Notes: a model not told the origin generated them from the letters alone. Positions 1 to 10,056 are shown, numbered from the stretch's first letter. The stretch is DNA of 47,121 nt from Fibrobacteria bacterium (GCA_043732185.1 JAYTHY010000001.1:1-47121), one strand, 5' to 3'. Numbers and translations: made by a program.

Positions 1-1758
1 CATCTTCTCGCCTTCCCGCAACGCCCTTTCCGTACGAAGATGTTCCTTGATTTCCTGAACGAGCGCAGCCGTGCGATCTTGGACTCGAATTTCCAAATCA
101 TCCTTGGCTTTGCGAATGATTTCCTGAGCGGCCATGCGCTCGGTTACATCGCGAGAAATCCCTACGAGTCCGGAAACTTGGCCATCCGTACCATATACAG
201 GCACCTTGGTGGTGGACACCCAAGCATCGGGACGATTGTTGGTGAACGTTTCGCGTTCCACCTTATCTACAATGGGAATGCCACTGCGCATGATTTCTTG
301 CTCGTCATCAAATGCCTGCTGGGCATGTTCAATTGAGAAGAAGTCAAAATCGCTTTTCCCAATGGCATCTTCCACATTCTGAATGCCCTCCAAATGGATG
401 GCCCGGCTTACCCTCACAAATCGGCTTTGAGCATCCTTAAAATAAATGGCGTCAGGAATATTGTCGAGTAGAACCTTAAGCAAATTGCTTTCGAGAGCCA
501 AAGCCTCTTCGGCCTTTTTTAACGCCGTGACATCCCTGGAAATGCCGCAGGTTCCCACGATCTCCCCATGCATATCGTGCAACGCTTTCTTGAAGGTATA
601 GGAATATCGAGGAGTGCCGTCGGCATAATTGTCGACCTCCAACTTGTTGATAACGTGCTTGTCATCGGACATGATTTTCAACTCATCATCACGGGCGGCC
701 TGGGCATGCTCCCTAGCGAAAAAGTCAAAATCCGTTTTACCCAGAACTTCGGCTTTAGAGGCCATGCCGGTCAATGCAAACATGGCGGAATTGACCCATG
801 TAAAGCGGCTTTCGCGATCCTTGAAAAATACGATGTCGGGTGTGTTATTCAGCAAATCGTTCATTAGGGCGCCTTCGCGCACCAAGATTCCCTCGGCCTT
901 CTTCAAAGTCGTCACATCTTTAGTGATGCCGCAGGTTCCAATGATGTTGCCGTGAGAATCTTTTAGCGGGATTTTTGTGGTGTAGACCCAGCGCGGCGTT
1001 CCGTCCCCATAATTGTCTTGTTCAAGCTTATTGGTGATGGCTTGACCGGATTCCATGATACGAATTTCGTCTTGGCGCGCTTCTTCTGCATGATCCTTGC
1101 TAAACAGATCAAAGTCCGTTTTACCGAGAATATCACTCAAGTTGGACAGATTTAGTATTTCCAGAACATGTTTATTAACCCAGGTAAACCGACTTTCGCG
1201 GTCCTTAAACCACACACCATCTGGAAGGTTTTCCAATAAATCGTTTCTGAGGACACCCTCTTGGGACAACACTTGTTCCGCCAAAATCATTCTGGTGAAG
1301 TCTTTGGAAATTCCGCAAAGTCCGATAATGTTTCCCTGCGGATCCCTTAGGGGGATTTTTGTCGTGACATTCCACATAGGTGTGCCATCGGCGTATTTCC
1401 CGGTTTCCAACTTATTGAGAATGTATTCGCCGGTTTTAATGACGCGTTCATCATCCGCCTGCACTTGTTGGGCACGAGCCGGATCAAAAATATCCCAACT
1501 GGTTTTGCCCAAAATACCGCCGCGGTCCGGAAACCCATGGACTAGATGCATGTTCCTGTTTACCCATCGGTACCGGAATTCCAGATCCTTGAAATAAATG
1601 TTGTCCGAGATATTGTCGGCCAGTACATACAAGGGACGTGACGCTTGTTCCGCTGCCTCCAAATCGGCGGTTAGTTTCCGGACTTTGGCTTCCAATTCGG
1701 CATTCCGGTTTTTCAGGGCATTAATTTCCCCGCTCATTCCTACGTATTCCTGTTCCAT
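1..1758 (-). CDS. Multi-PAS sensor protein (4 tandem PAS-PAC domains followed by a signalling helix), probably a histidine kinase or cyclase; runs off the left edge
   Basis: Absent from the ORF track because there is no stop in the window. Manual translation from ATG 1758: MEQEYVGMSGEINALKNRNAELEAK...LADNISDNIYFKDLEFRYRWVN...TTKIPLRDPQGNIIGLCGISKDFT. The FKD...N / GKT / GISRDVT pattern recurs four times about 385 bp apart, then DDLEIRVQDRTAALVQEI. Confidence 0.85.
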   Translation of the reverse strand, partial: MEQEYVGMSGEINALKNRNAELEAKVRKLTADLEAAEQASRPLYVLADNISDNIYFKDLEFRYRWVNRNMHLVHGFPDRGGILGKTSWDIFDPARAQQVQADDERVIKTGEYILNKLETGKYADGTPMWNVTTKIPLRDPQGNIIGLCGISKDFTRMILAEQVLSQEGVLRNDLLENLPDGVWFKDRESRFTWVNKHVLEILNLSNLSDILGKTDFDLFSKDHAEEARQDEIRIMESGQAITNKLEQDNYGDGTPRWVYTTKIPLKDSHGNIIGTCGITKDVTTLKKAEGILVREGALMNDLLNNTPDIVFFKDRESRFTWVNSAMFALTGMASKAEVLGKTDFDFFAREHAQAARDDELKIMSDDKHVINKLEVDNYADGTPRYSYTFKKALHDMHGEIVGTCGISRDVTALKKAEEALALESNLLKVLLDNIPDAIYFKDAQSRFVRVSRAIHLEGIQNVEDAIGKSDFDFFSIEHAQQAFDDEQEIMRSGIPIVDKVERETFTNNRPDAWVSTTKVPVYGTDGQVSGLVGISRDVTERMAAQEIIRKAKDDLEIRVQDRTAALVQEIKEHLRTERALREGEKM

Positions 1759-1773
1759 CGCGCTCACTTTCGC

Positions 1774-2682
1774 TCACGCCCGAGGATGGGCCTTGGCGTA
1801 GGTATCCTTAAGTTTTTTTACAGAAACATGCGTGTACTTTTGCGTGGTGGACAAAGAAACATGTCCTAACATTTCCTTAACCGCCATAAGGTCGGCACCA
1901 TTATCGAGTAAATGAGTGGCAAAGGAATGCCGCAGCACATGGGGCGAAGACTTGCCTTGCCTTCCCATCGAATGTAACCGGTCAGTTACGGTTCTCTGGA
2001 TAATACGTTTCCCAACCGCCTTGCCATTTGCGGATACCAACACCGGTCCAGTGTCAAGGATTCCAGCGTCTCGACAAGAGGACCGATAAGTTTCAAGCAT
2101 GGCCCGGGCAGCCTCGGTCAGCGGGACGCTGCGAAAACGGTTGCCCTTTCCCAATACACGAACGGACGCTTCGTCTGCATTGATATGGCTCCATTTTAGA
2201 CCCACCAATTCGCTGAGTCGAAGGCCTGATCCGTAAAACATTTCCAAACAAAGCCGGGTGCGCACCTGCAGGAACGACGAGGTTTCTTCCGCCAATACTT
2301 CGGTGAGAAAGGCTTCATTGGCAACGGAAACCAGTTTTGAGTCTTGTTTCGGAAAGGCAATATTCTGGGCGGGATTGCGAGTCAAGCCGTAGTTGGCTAT
2401 AAGGAATCGTCCGAACCCTTTAAGACAGGCCAACAAGCGACCTTGACTGCTGGCTGCTAATGTAGGCACCTGATTCGCCAAAAAAAGTTGCAGGATGCGC
2501 TTTGTGAGATCGGCAACAGTAGATATTTTATTTTCGGCTTTCCGAGAGGCGGTCCAAACTTCGAGTTTGGTCAGGTCACGAGTATAGGCGGATAGGGTAT
2601 TTTCGGAATAGCCTTTGGCAACCCGGAGGTTTTCCAGGTAGGCATGAATGGCGATTGGGAGTTCTATCAAGGGTGATTCCAT
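1774..2682 (-). CDS. xerC: Tyrosine recombinase XerC/XerD family
   Basis: SENTLSAYTRDL, YGSGLRLSEL, LGKGN, SPHVLRHSFATHLLDNGADL, LGHVSLSTTQKYTHV, AHPRA C-terminus. Start trimmed to ATG 2682 (MESPLIE) to avoid overlapping the upstream gene. Confidence 0.88.
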   Translation of the reverse strand: MESPLIELPIAIHAYLENLRVAKGYSENTLSAYTRDLTKLEVWTASRKAENKISTVADLTKRILQLFLANQVPTLAASSQGRLLACLKGFGRFLIANYGLTRNPAQNIAFPKQDSKLVSVANEAFLTEVLAEETSSFLQVRTRLCLEMFYGSGLRLSELVGLKWSHINADEASVRVLGKGNRFRSVPLTEAARAMLETYRSSCRDAGILDTGPVLVSANGKAVGKRIIQRTVTDRLHSMGRQGKSSPHVLRHSFATHLLDNGADLMAVKEMLGHVSLSTTQKYTHVSVKKLKDTYAKAHPRA

Positions 2683-2746
2683 GGCGGATTTTCCCCTACT
2701 TTCCAAGGTAAATGTACTAATATCAAAGTTCACCTTAATGGAAAGC

Positions 2747-3940
2747 CTACTGCAAACGTGCGAACTGGATTTTAAACCCTTCCTCAGAAGCAAGATCCAA
2801 TGTCCAAGGTTTGATTTTCTTTTTTTCCCGATCGAAGATGATAAGCAATACCGGTTTCTCCGCATTGTCCGCATTGGTGCGGGCCACTACCCCGGAAAAG
2901 CCCGTGTATTTTCGATATTTTTTATCCTCAACTATTACCACCCTGGAACCCATAGGAAATACGGGTACAATGGTGATGAATGCGTCAACCAGCGACCGAT
3001 TTAAATGCGTGCCTGCCCCCCGGATCACTATTCTCATGGCATCGGCCGGTGAGAGCGGCGGAACAGAATTCGGTTTGGGTTGGATTAAGGAAATATAGGT
3101 GTCGGCCACCGCGGCGATTTCCGCATAGCGATGAATCATTCCCTTTTGGGGACTCAAGGTTTTGATGGGAATTTGATTATCACCGCGCAATCCTCTTGGA
3201 TACCCAGTTCCATCTTGGCGCTCATGATGCTGATAAGCCACATGCGCAGTCGTTATACTCAATCGTTCGTTTTGACGCAGGATGGCATAACCCAAAGTGG
3301 GGTGTTCTCGATACAAGGCTGCGTCCTGTTCGTTAAGCGGACTCGATTTGTTCATCAGGGATTCCGGAAATACAACCACTCCCAAGTCCATTAGCAAGCA
3401 ACCCAAGGCCAACTCTTCGATTTCACGATGGGTGTATTTCAACTTATGAGCCAAGATAATGGCAACTATGGTCACGTCTAGGGCGTGCTGATACAGATAT
3501 CCGCTTTTCGTCCGGATCGAATTGAGATTGACGCTTGCCGACTCCTTATTGAGCAGGTCTTCCAGGATTGCTTTGACAATCTTTTTTATTTCCTCCACGG
3601 CAATGATATTTTTGAACCGCGAAGTATCGGCAAGTACTTTGGAGATTCCAGCCTGCGTTAGACTTTTAACTTGGGCCACCTGCTTGAGAATGTCCGCGTT
3701 CTCCTGCACGACAAATTGGGATTGCAAAGCGAGTTGTTCATTGACCGTTTCTTCAGGAACGATATGCTCAGTTCCTTCTTCAACTATCCAACACGCCGTC
3801 AATTCAATGTCGCGCATTTTGGCGATAATCCTTTCATTGACCACGTAACCGGCAGACAACAACAATTCACCGTTTTCGGTGACGATTGATTTGGCCAGTA
3901 CCATTCCCGGTTTGATTTCTTCCAGCGACAATTTGATCAT
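2747..3940 (-). CDS. HD-GYP domain protein with degenerate HD motif
   Basis: N-terminal IKPGMVLAKSI..NGELLL, HPTLGY, HHERQDGTGYPRGL and AVAD motifs. The HD dyad reads MD (LLMDLG). Confidence 0.85.
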   Translation of the reverse strand: MIKLSLEEIKPGMVLAKSIVTENGELLLSAGYVVNERIIAKMRDIELTACWIVEEGTEHIVPEETVNEQLALQSQFVVQENADILKQVAQVKSLTQAGISKVLADTSRFKNIIAVEEIKKIVKAILEDLLNKESASVNLNSIRTKSGYLYQHALDVTIVAIILAHKLKYTHREIEELALGCLLMDLGVVVFPESLMNKSSPLNEQDAALYREHPTLGYAILRQNERLSITTAHVAYQHHERQDGTGYPRGLRGDNQIPIKTLSPQKGMIHRYAEIAAVADTYISLIQPKPNSVPPLSPADAMRIVIRGAGTHLNRSLVDAFITIVPVFPMGSRVVIVEDKKYRKYTGFSGVVARTNADNAEKPVLLIIFDREKKKIKPWTLDLASEEGFKIQFARLQ

Positions 3941-4095
3941 TTTTCAGAAAACTTCCACCAGGACGGAGAAGACATTTTCCTCGTGCCGGAACAATGACAA
4001 GACTCTCAATTTTCTGGAATAAATCTTTGGAAGTCAAGCTATGAGCCGGATTTATCAGATGATTCATTTCGATCGGTAGTATTTAGGAATACCCG

Positions 4096-4992
4096 TTATT
4101 GGCCCCTATTCGCCAATTCATGGGTAAATGCAACCCCTGATAAGAAGGTTCTGCCCAAATACCGATGGTACCTCAGCGACTGATACCACTGCAAACCTTC
4201 CCAGGAAAGCATAAGACCTGCGGAAACCTGAAACGGTGGTGTGCCAAATCCAGCCGATAGGCGCAATGCAGGGTGCGGGTACAAAGTGAATCCAGCTAGG
4301 CTGCGCCATGGCCTACCTTCCACTTTCCTAAAATCCAGATGCAACGTTTGCGAAAGCCTCATCCCTTTACTTTCATTTGGATTTCGGCTATTGGCTTCAA
4401 AGCCCCATTGCCAAATGTTTTCACTATATCTGGAAGCATTCCAAGAAAATACACTACCATTGGTAAAGGCACCAGCTTTAAATCTCGGCAATACCTGCCA
4501 CACAAAGCCAAGCCCTTGGCTCGCTTCACTGATCGGTTTCTCTTGCACCAAGTGTGTACGCCACCAAGTCCACGATCCACCCAAGTCAACCTTTATTGGA
4601 TAGCCACCCCACACATAGTGTAAACCAATAGCAGGATGGATACTCCATCCTTGTTCCTGAAGTAAACCTTCAACTTCGGTTTGTCGCCAAGCAATCGAAA
4701 GTCCACCTCTGGAAAAATCACAGAAAGCTCCAGCATCTGCGACTCGCAAATCTTCCATACCATAAGGCTGATGAAAGTCGAGGTGGAAGCCCGCTCTGAC
4801 CCTCCCAAATTGAGAAGGGCAAAAAGCCGCCGGATTCTGACCAAAGGCTTCGCGCTCCGCAGCCGTTGCGCCACCTGCACCCAAAGTGGCCGCATAGATT
4901 CCAGTTGTGATGTCCTGATTGGCTGCATACAAAGACGAACTAGTCGCCAAGAAAAGCAGCATGCATCGCATCCATCGGAACAAAATTCGCAT
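4096..4992 (-). CDS. Putative outer-membrane beta-barrel protein (PorV/FadL-like N-terminus)
   Basis: Signal peptide; ATLGAGGATAA...QNPAAF resembles the GxGG...NPA motif of the FadL/PorV group; amphipathic aromatic-rich strands; start overlaps the upstream stop (TGATG). Confidence 0.5.
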   Translation of the reverse strand: MRILFRWMRCMLLFLATSSSLYAANQDITTGIYAATLGAGGATAAEREAFGQNPAAFCPSQFGRVRAGFHLDFHQPYGMEDLRVADAGAFCDFSRGGLSIAWRQTEVEGLLQEQGWSIHPAIGLHYVWGGYPIKVDLGGSWTWWRTHLVQEKPISEASQGLGFVWQVLPRFKAGAFTNGSVFSWNASRYSENIWQWGFEANSRNPNESKGMRLSQTLHLDFRKVEGRPWRSLAGFTLYPHPALRLSAGFGTPPFQVSAGLMLSWEGLQWYQSLRYHRYLGRTFLSGVAFTHELANRGQ

Positions 4993-6599
4993 CAGCGATT
5001 TCCTGCCACAACTACTGCGCGTTTACGCGTACGGTGTCCATCTGACAATAAGCAAATCAGGTAAGGGCCTGGCCTCAGCAGGCTGCCATGGGAATCTTCG
5101 CCCGACCAATGATGAATGTGATGTCCAGATCCACCTTCGCCGAGATCGCGAACACAGTTGCCCTCCAAATCAAATACTCGAACGGTATAATTGAAACCAG
5201 TCGGGGCGCGCACATCCACATCCAAAGGCTGACCCGCACTGGCAATCCGAGTGCCGAGTTCCCAGGAAAATTCTGCTATTGTGGCTTCAGTAAAACCAGG
5301 AGAACCGGATCCGGACGACCACTCGTCAGCACCGCGAACCAGGCACGTGCCACTTCCCGATATATCTCCTGAACGATAAATCACACTGTCGATAGGCTCA
5401 TTCCATACCGAAAGGCTTAGAGTATCTCCCGTGTTACGTAAGCCAGGCCATGCCGTTAATTCCAGGATGCGCACTTTGATAGGGCCATAATGAGAACGAA
5501 ACCGGGCAGCATCCTCCGTTAGGATTAAATATTCACCCGGCGCCAAATCGCCCGCCTTGCTGCCCAGCGCCTTCCCCTTGAACGCCACTTGGGTAAGACT
5601 CAACGTTCGTCCTTGGCCAGATGAATCCAGGGTTGCATTGCGGATCTCCACCCACTCCGGTGAGCCAGATTCAGGGGCCGGACACCATTCACCTACAACT
5701 AGAGCATGCGTGGAACCCAGCGCTATCGAAAAGGTGTTGTTGGCCGGATTATCATCCCGGCTAAGTCGAACCTGAACCAGCCCAGAGAGGCCCGGGCCCA
5801 AAGGAACAATAAAGGGGGCTCCGGCGGCGGGCAAGGCGGTCACCACTTGAGAGTCCAATAACGTCTCCCAGTCCCCATCCCAATCCCGATCCAGCCTCAA
5901 GACCAAATAGGTGGGTATGATGCTTGTATGCGCTAGGCTTGCATGCGATAGGTCAAATGGCACTGTGCCCAGATCCCGGACGACTACAGAAAGGACGCCT
6001 GCCACGCCAACCGTAACCTGCGTAATACCCAAATCAAAACGTGGCGATGCCACGGAGCGACTGTTGTGAAATCCCGGTGTAGCCGAATCCTCCCCTGCCC
6101 AGGCCGTGCCAGACGGTAGGAAGCGATGATAGCTTTCTGTTTTTTCTCCGGTATTTTCCCAGCTCACTCCTGGTTTAGCAATTGGCAACACGTATTGTGC
6201 GTGGTTGGACTCCCAAGCAAGTAAAACCGTATCGCTGCGGGAGTTGGCCAGGGCAAGACCAGACCATTGCCGCTGACAAACCATTCCACCATTGGTCGAA
6301 AGGGAAGAATCCCGACAAATCATAAAGAATCCGTCCGGCAGCAGTAGAAAGGGTTTTAAAACCAGGGCTTGACCCGCTACAACGATTCCTAGGCTATCCA
6401 AACGCAAAGTGTCACCGGTAGGATTGGCGAGTTCCAAAAATTCCCCTTGGGCATCGGGAACGAAAGTGGGATCCGCCATGACTTCAGAGAGAATGGGAGC
6501 AACTGTCGCCTTATCTGATTGGATGGCGAGGGACGGGTTTATAAGAATACCCAGTACTACGAGTAGCAAATGGATTGAAACGGCTTGCGATCTTGGCAT
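4992..6599 (-). CDS. Secreted lamin-tail-domain protein (2 LTDs) with C-terminal FlgD-Ig/T9SS-like domain
   Basis: Signal peptide; LTD motifs ILSEVMADP...GEFLELAN...TPG..NS and VVGEWCPAP...PEWVEIRN...LRNTGDTL; C-terminal VRVFDLEGNCVRDL...WSGEDSHGSLLRPGPYL. Confidence 0.75.
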   Translation of the reverse strand: MPRSQAVSIHLLLVVLGILINPSLAIQSDKATVAPILSEVMADPTFVPDAQGEFLELANPTGDTLRLDSLGIVVAGQALVLKPFLLLPDGFFMICRDSSLSTNGGMVCQRQWSGLALANSRSDTVLLAWESNHAQYVLPIAKPGVSWENTGEKTESYHRFLPSGTAWAGEDSATPGFHNSRSVASPRFDLGITQVTVGVAGVLSVVVRDLGTVPFDLSHASLAHTSIIPTYLVLRLDRDWDGDWETLLDSQVVTALPAAGAPFIVPLGPGLSGLVQVRLSRDDNPANNTFSIALGSTHALVVGEWCPAPESGSPEWVEIRNATLDSSGQGRTLSLTQVAFKGKALGSKAGDLAPGEYLILTEDAARFRSHYGPIKVRILELTAWPGLRNTGDTLSLSVWNEPIDSVIYRSGDISGSGTCLVRGADEWSSGSGSPGFTEATIAEFSWELGTRIASAGQPLDVDVRAPTGFNYTVRVFDLEGNCVRDLGEGGSGHHIHHWSGEDSHGSLLRPGPYLICLLSDGHRTRKRAVVVAGNR

Positions 6600-6701
6600 G
6601 CCGATCAAGTTAAAACGGATAGAAGGATTAGTTTGTGCAGACCATCACAGGACTGACCAGAAAATCACTCTGTATTAACAGGCTGTAAGAGGAGTGAAAA
6701 G

Positions 6702-7292
6702 CTAATGGCCGGAAAATTGTACCAGCGAATGGACTTCAAAACCCTTTTGACGGATGAGTTTGCTTCCACCCAGCTCTTCCAAATCAACGATGACGCCGCA
6801 AGAAACCACTTCCGCACCCAACTTGCAGAGCAAGGAAATAGACGCATGCATGGTGCCGCCCGTGGCCATTAAATCGTCCATAAGCAAAACGCGTTGACCG
6901 GAAATGATGGCGTCCTTGTGTATTTCCACGCAATCCGTTCCGTATTCGAGTTGGTACTCATAGCGCTCTACTTCGGCGGGGAGCTTGCCCTGTTTGCGTA
7001 TGGGTACAAAACCCTTGTGCATCCGGTCCGCCAAAGCCGCGCCGATAATAAATCCTCGGCTCTCTATGCCTACTACGGTATCAAATGGTATGGAGGCATA
7101 TTTTTCCACAAAGGCGTCGGTGCTAAGTCGAAATCCCTCCGGATCATTCCAGAGTGTTGTAATATCACGAAACAGGATGCCCGGTTTTGGCCAGTCCTTG
7201 ATCGCGCGAATCTTAGCACTAATGCGCTGTGCTCTGGATTCGGCATTCAAGTCCTGGACCTTATCCATTTCAGTTCTGCCCAATAGCGTCAT
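6702..7292 (-). CDS. apt: Adenine phosphoribosyltransferase
   Basis: DWPKPGILFRDITTL, GIESRGF, RKQGKLP, YQLEYG, PRPP motif VLLMDDLMATGGT. Confidence 0.95.
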   Translation of the reverse strand: MTLLGRTEMDKVQDLNAESRAQRISAKIRAIKDWPKPGILFRDITTLWNDPEGFRLSTDAFVEKYASIPFDTVVGIESRGFIIGAALADRMHKGFVPIRKQGKLPAEVERYEYQLEYGTDCVEIHKDAIISGQRVLLMDDLMATGGTMHASISLLCKLGAEVVSCGVIVDLEELGGSKLIRQKGFEVHSLVQFSGH

Positions 7293-7334
7293 GTAACCCT
7301 TTCTAAAACAGAGCGAAAGGACCTGACAAGTGGT

Positions 7335-7667
7335 CTATTTTTTTAGGGTAGACCTGGGTGTTAATTTGGTCTTGAAGAAGATAGCCCGTTCCTTTTCAGG
7401 GAAGCAAGTCATTGCCTTCTTGAGCAATGCCATCAACTCTTTCCGAAGGACATAGTCCGGGTTGAATCGGAACATATTTCGATTGGCGTCTTTACGAACC
7501 AGAATAATACCGCTTTTGAGCAGATTTTTTAGCTGCGATTGTACGCCAAAGAGAGGCAGTCGCAAATTGATCGTCAATTCCCTGGGATAGGATTCCTTAT
7601 ACACTGACAAATAAAGCAGGATTTTGGCCCGCGTTCCGGAGCCTATCAAGGATCTTAATATTTTCAT
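7335..7667 (-). CDS. Small winged-helix (ArsR-like) DNA-binding protein
   Basis: LIGSGTRAKILLYL...YPREL...GVQSQLKNL..SGII...RNMFRFNP wHTH pattern; basic, 110 aa; GGGGA RBS upstream. Confidence 0.65.
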   Translation of the reverse strand: MKILRSLIGSGTRAKILLYLSVYKESYPRELTINLRLPLFGVQSQLKNLLKSGIILVRKDANRNMFRFNPDYVLRKELMALLKKAMTCFPEKERAIFFKTKLTPRSTLKK

Positions 7668-7686
7668 TTTACGTCCCCTTTTGAAT

Positions 7687-7710
7687 AAAAAATCGTCCCG
7701 TGGTTGGGAC
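7687..7710 (-). terminator. Possible weak intrinsic terminator after dapA
   Basis: Minus strand reads GTCCC-aaccac-GGGAC followed by GATTTTTT; the stem is only 5 bp. Confidence 0.3.
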
Positions 7711-7730
7711 CCCTGAGCAAGACATTCATC

Positions 7731-8696
7731 CTACCCATGGTACTTCCTAAGACTTGGCGCCTTCGTAAGAATCAACTCCATTATCCTGTCATGCTCTACT
7801 TGGCCCCCCTTGGTATCCCGTAAAGAAACTAGTGGCAGGTATAATGGTGAATTGAAAAAGGTGCCCAGCGGCACAGGATTTTTACGGCAAAAAACCGCTT
7901 TGATGATTGGCTCCAGGCCAGCCTGTAACGCTTCAGCGGTTTTGCGATCTCCGTCATGATAGCTTTTAATAATGGCAAGGAATACTTTCGCCACTTCCGG
8001 GATATTGCCGGAAGCGGTTATGATTCCCCGCCCGCCCAATTCCAAAATGGAAAATAGGGAGTCGTCTTCGCCGCTGACCACGGAAAAGTTTTCCCGGTCC
8101 GACTGGCTGATAATGCTTCGGGTATCCTCTTGCAACTTTCCCGGAGATTTGAAATCCACGGACTGTTTCAGGCCAATGATGTTCGCGTGACGACTCAAAT
8201 GCACCAGGGTTTCCGCTTCGATATAACTGCTGGTGCGGCCGGGAACATTATAGATGATGATTTTCGCACCGGTTTCGCGGGCCACGGTTTCATAATGCGC
8301 AACCAGACCTTCTTGGGGCGGGTTATTGTAGTACCCTGTCACGCACAGACAGGCCAATTCGCCCACTCCCTTTTGAATGGCCTGGACCATCTCAACGGTT
8401 TCACGAGTGCAATTTGATCCGGCCCCGGCAATAACTGGAACGCGACCGGCTACATACTCAACCGTAAACTTTATGAAATCAATATGCTGGGACTGGCTGA
8501 CCGTGGGGCTTTGTCCCGTTGTCCCTACTGGAACAAGGCCATTCACGCCTGCATTTATCAGGTCATCAATGATGGATTTCGCTTTTGCATAATCAACGGT
8601 ATTGCGCAGACAAGCCGGATCATCGTTTTTAAGTGGCGTAAAAATGGCGGGAAATACTCCAGCGAATTCTTTTGCCGTCTTGAGACTTGTTGGCAT
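7731..8696 (-). CDS. dapA: 4-hydroxy-tetrahydrodipicolinate synthase
   Basis: GTTGQSPT, VPVIAGAGSNCT, YYNNPPQEG, IYNVPGRT, IIGLKQS (Schiff-base Lys), SGEDD, NPVP. Start ATG 8696 lies 1 bp after the accC stop. Confidence 0.88.
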   Translation of the reverse strand: MPTSLKTAKEFAGVFPAIFTPLKNDDPACLRNTVDYAKAKSIIDDLINAGVNGLVPVGTTGQSPTVSQSQHIDFIKFTVEYVAGRVPVIAGAGSNCTRETVEMVQAIQKGVGELACLCVTGYYNNPPQEGLVAHYETVARETGAKIIIYNVPGRTSSYIEAETLVHLSRHANIIGLKQSVDFKSPGKLQEDTRSIISQSDRENFSVVSGEDDSLFSILELGGRGIITASGNIPEVAKVFLAIIKSYHDGDRKTAEALQAGLEPIIKAVFCRKNPVPLGTFFNSPLYLPLVSLRDTKGGQVEHDRIMELILTKAPSLRKYHG

Positions 8697-8697
8697 G

Positions 8698-10056
8698 CTA
8701 TCTCTCCACCAGCAATCCTGGGTGCTGTTCCAGAAACTTGGTGCTATAGTCACCCTTGGCGAAAAGCGGGTGGTTAAGGATTTTCCGATGCAAGGGAATA
8801 GTCGTTTTGACTCCGACGACAACGAATTCGTCGAGTGCCCGCAGCATGCGGGCTATGGCGTCCTTTCGCGTAGGCGCATGTACAATCAGTTTGGCGATCA
8901 TACTGTCGTAATGAGGCGGCACCACATATCCACTGTAACAGTGCGTATCCACACGGACACCCATACCTCCAGGCAGATGAAACTCGGTGATGGTACCTGG
9001 ACTGGGCTTGAAGTCATTGAAAGGGTCTTCGGCATTGATTCGGCATTCAATAGCGTGTCCGTTGAACTCGATGGACTTCTGACTAAACTCAAGTTTCTCA
9101 CCTGCCGCAACTTTTATCTGCGCTCGCACTAGGTCGATGCCGGTAACGAATTCCGTGACCGGATGCTCCACCTGGATCCGAGTATTCATCTCCATGAAGT
9201 AAAAAGAGGAATCCTTGGCGTCAAACAGAAATTCAATAGTACCTGCATTGTAGTACTTGGCCCCAAGAGCGCCGGCCACTGCCACGGCACCCATCTTGGC
9301 CCGTACTTCCGGAGTAACTGCAGGGCTAGGGCTCTCCTCGATCAACTTCTGGTGCCGACGTTGTATGGAGCAGTCGCGTTCGCCTAAATAGACCATGTTT
9401 CCATGTCGATCTCCCATAAGCTGGATCTCCACATGGCGCGGCTCGGTAAAATACCGTTCCAAATAGAGGTTTCCATTTCCAAAACAGGCCAAAGCTTCCG
9501 CGGCAGCCACCGGAAAAAGCTTTTTCAACTCCTCTTCGTCCATGGCTACGCGCATGCCGCGTCCACCGCCACCGGCCGTGGCCTTTACAATGACTGGATA
9601 CCCCACCACGGTGGCTGCAGCCAACGCTTCCTTTAAATTCATGACCAACCCATCAGAACCGGGAATGGTAGGCACACCGGCGGCTTTCATGGTGGCCTTA
9701 GCCGAACTTTTATCGCCCATGGAACGAATGGCTTCCGGGGACGGACCGATGAAGGTCATCCGATTTTCCTGGCACATCTCCGCAAACTTGGCATTCTCGG
9801 AGAGAAATCCATAACCGGGATGAATGGCGTCAGCATTGGTCAATTCAGCGGCGGAAAGGATCTGCTTCATGTTCAGGTAGCTCAACTTGGAGTTGGGCGG
9901 ACCAATGCAAATATCTTCATCCGCAAAATGCACATGCAGCGAATGGTTGTCGGCCGTAGAATGCACGGCTACAGTTTTAATACCGAGTTCTTTACAAGAG
10001 CGGATAACGCGCAATGCTATTTCACCACGATTGGCGATCAGGATTTTTTTAAACAC
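8698..10056 (-). CDS. accC: Acetyl-CoA carboxylase, biotin carboxylase subunit
   Basis: [72 protein letters not shown]. Confidence 0.97.
   Translation of the reverse strand: MFKKILIANRGEIALRVIRSCKELGIKTVAVHSTADNHSLHVHFADEDICIGPPNSKLSYLNMKQILSAAELTNADAIHPGYGFLSENAKFAEMCQENRMTFIGPSPEAIRSMGDKSSAKATMKAAGVPTIPGSDGLVMNLKEALAAATVVGYPVIVKATAGGGGRGMRVAMDEEELKKLFPVAAAEALACFGNGNLYLERYFTEPRHVEIQLMGDRHGNMVYLGERDCSIQRRHQKLIEESPSPAVTPEVRAKMGAVAVAGALGAKYYNAGTIEFLFDAKDSSFYFMEMNTRIQVEHPVTEFVTGIDLVRAQIKVAAGEKLEFSQKSIEFNGHAIECRINAEDPFNDFKPSPGTITEFHLPGGMGVRVDTHCYSGYVVPPHYDSMIAKLIVHAPTRKDAIARMLRALDEFVVVGVKTTIPLHRKILNHPLFAKGDYSTKFLEQHPGLLVER

Noticed and set aside
40..1801. Plus-strand ORFs 40-336, 568-867, 629-955, 1097-1597 and others with mutually similar text
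   Set aside because: They are antisense shadows of the repeated PAS domains on the minus strand.
1774..2682. Tyrosine recombinase as a sign of a prophage or integrative element
   Set aside because: The roughly 300-aa size and HSFATHLL / AHPRA motifs fit chromosomal XerC; no att repeats, phage genes or cargo flank it.
2683..2874. N-terminal extensions in the ORF track (xerC here; likewise dapA, DUF2723, ribE and the HEAT protein)
   Set aside because: They overlap the upstream genes extensively; downstream ATGs match family N-termini and give tight operon spacing.
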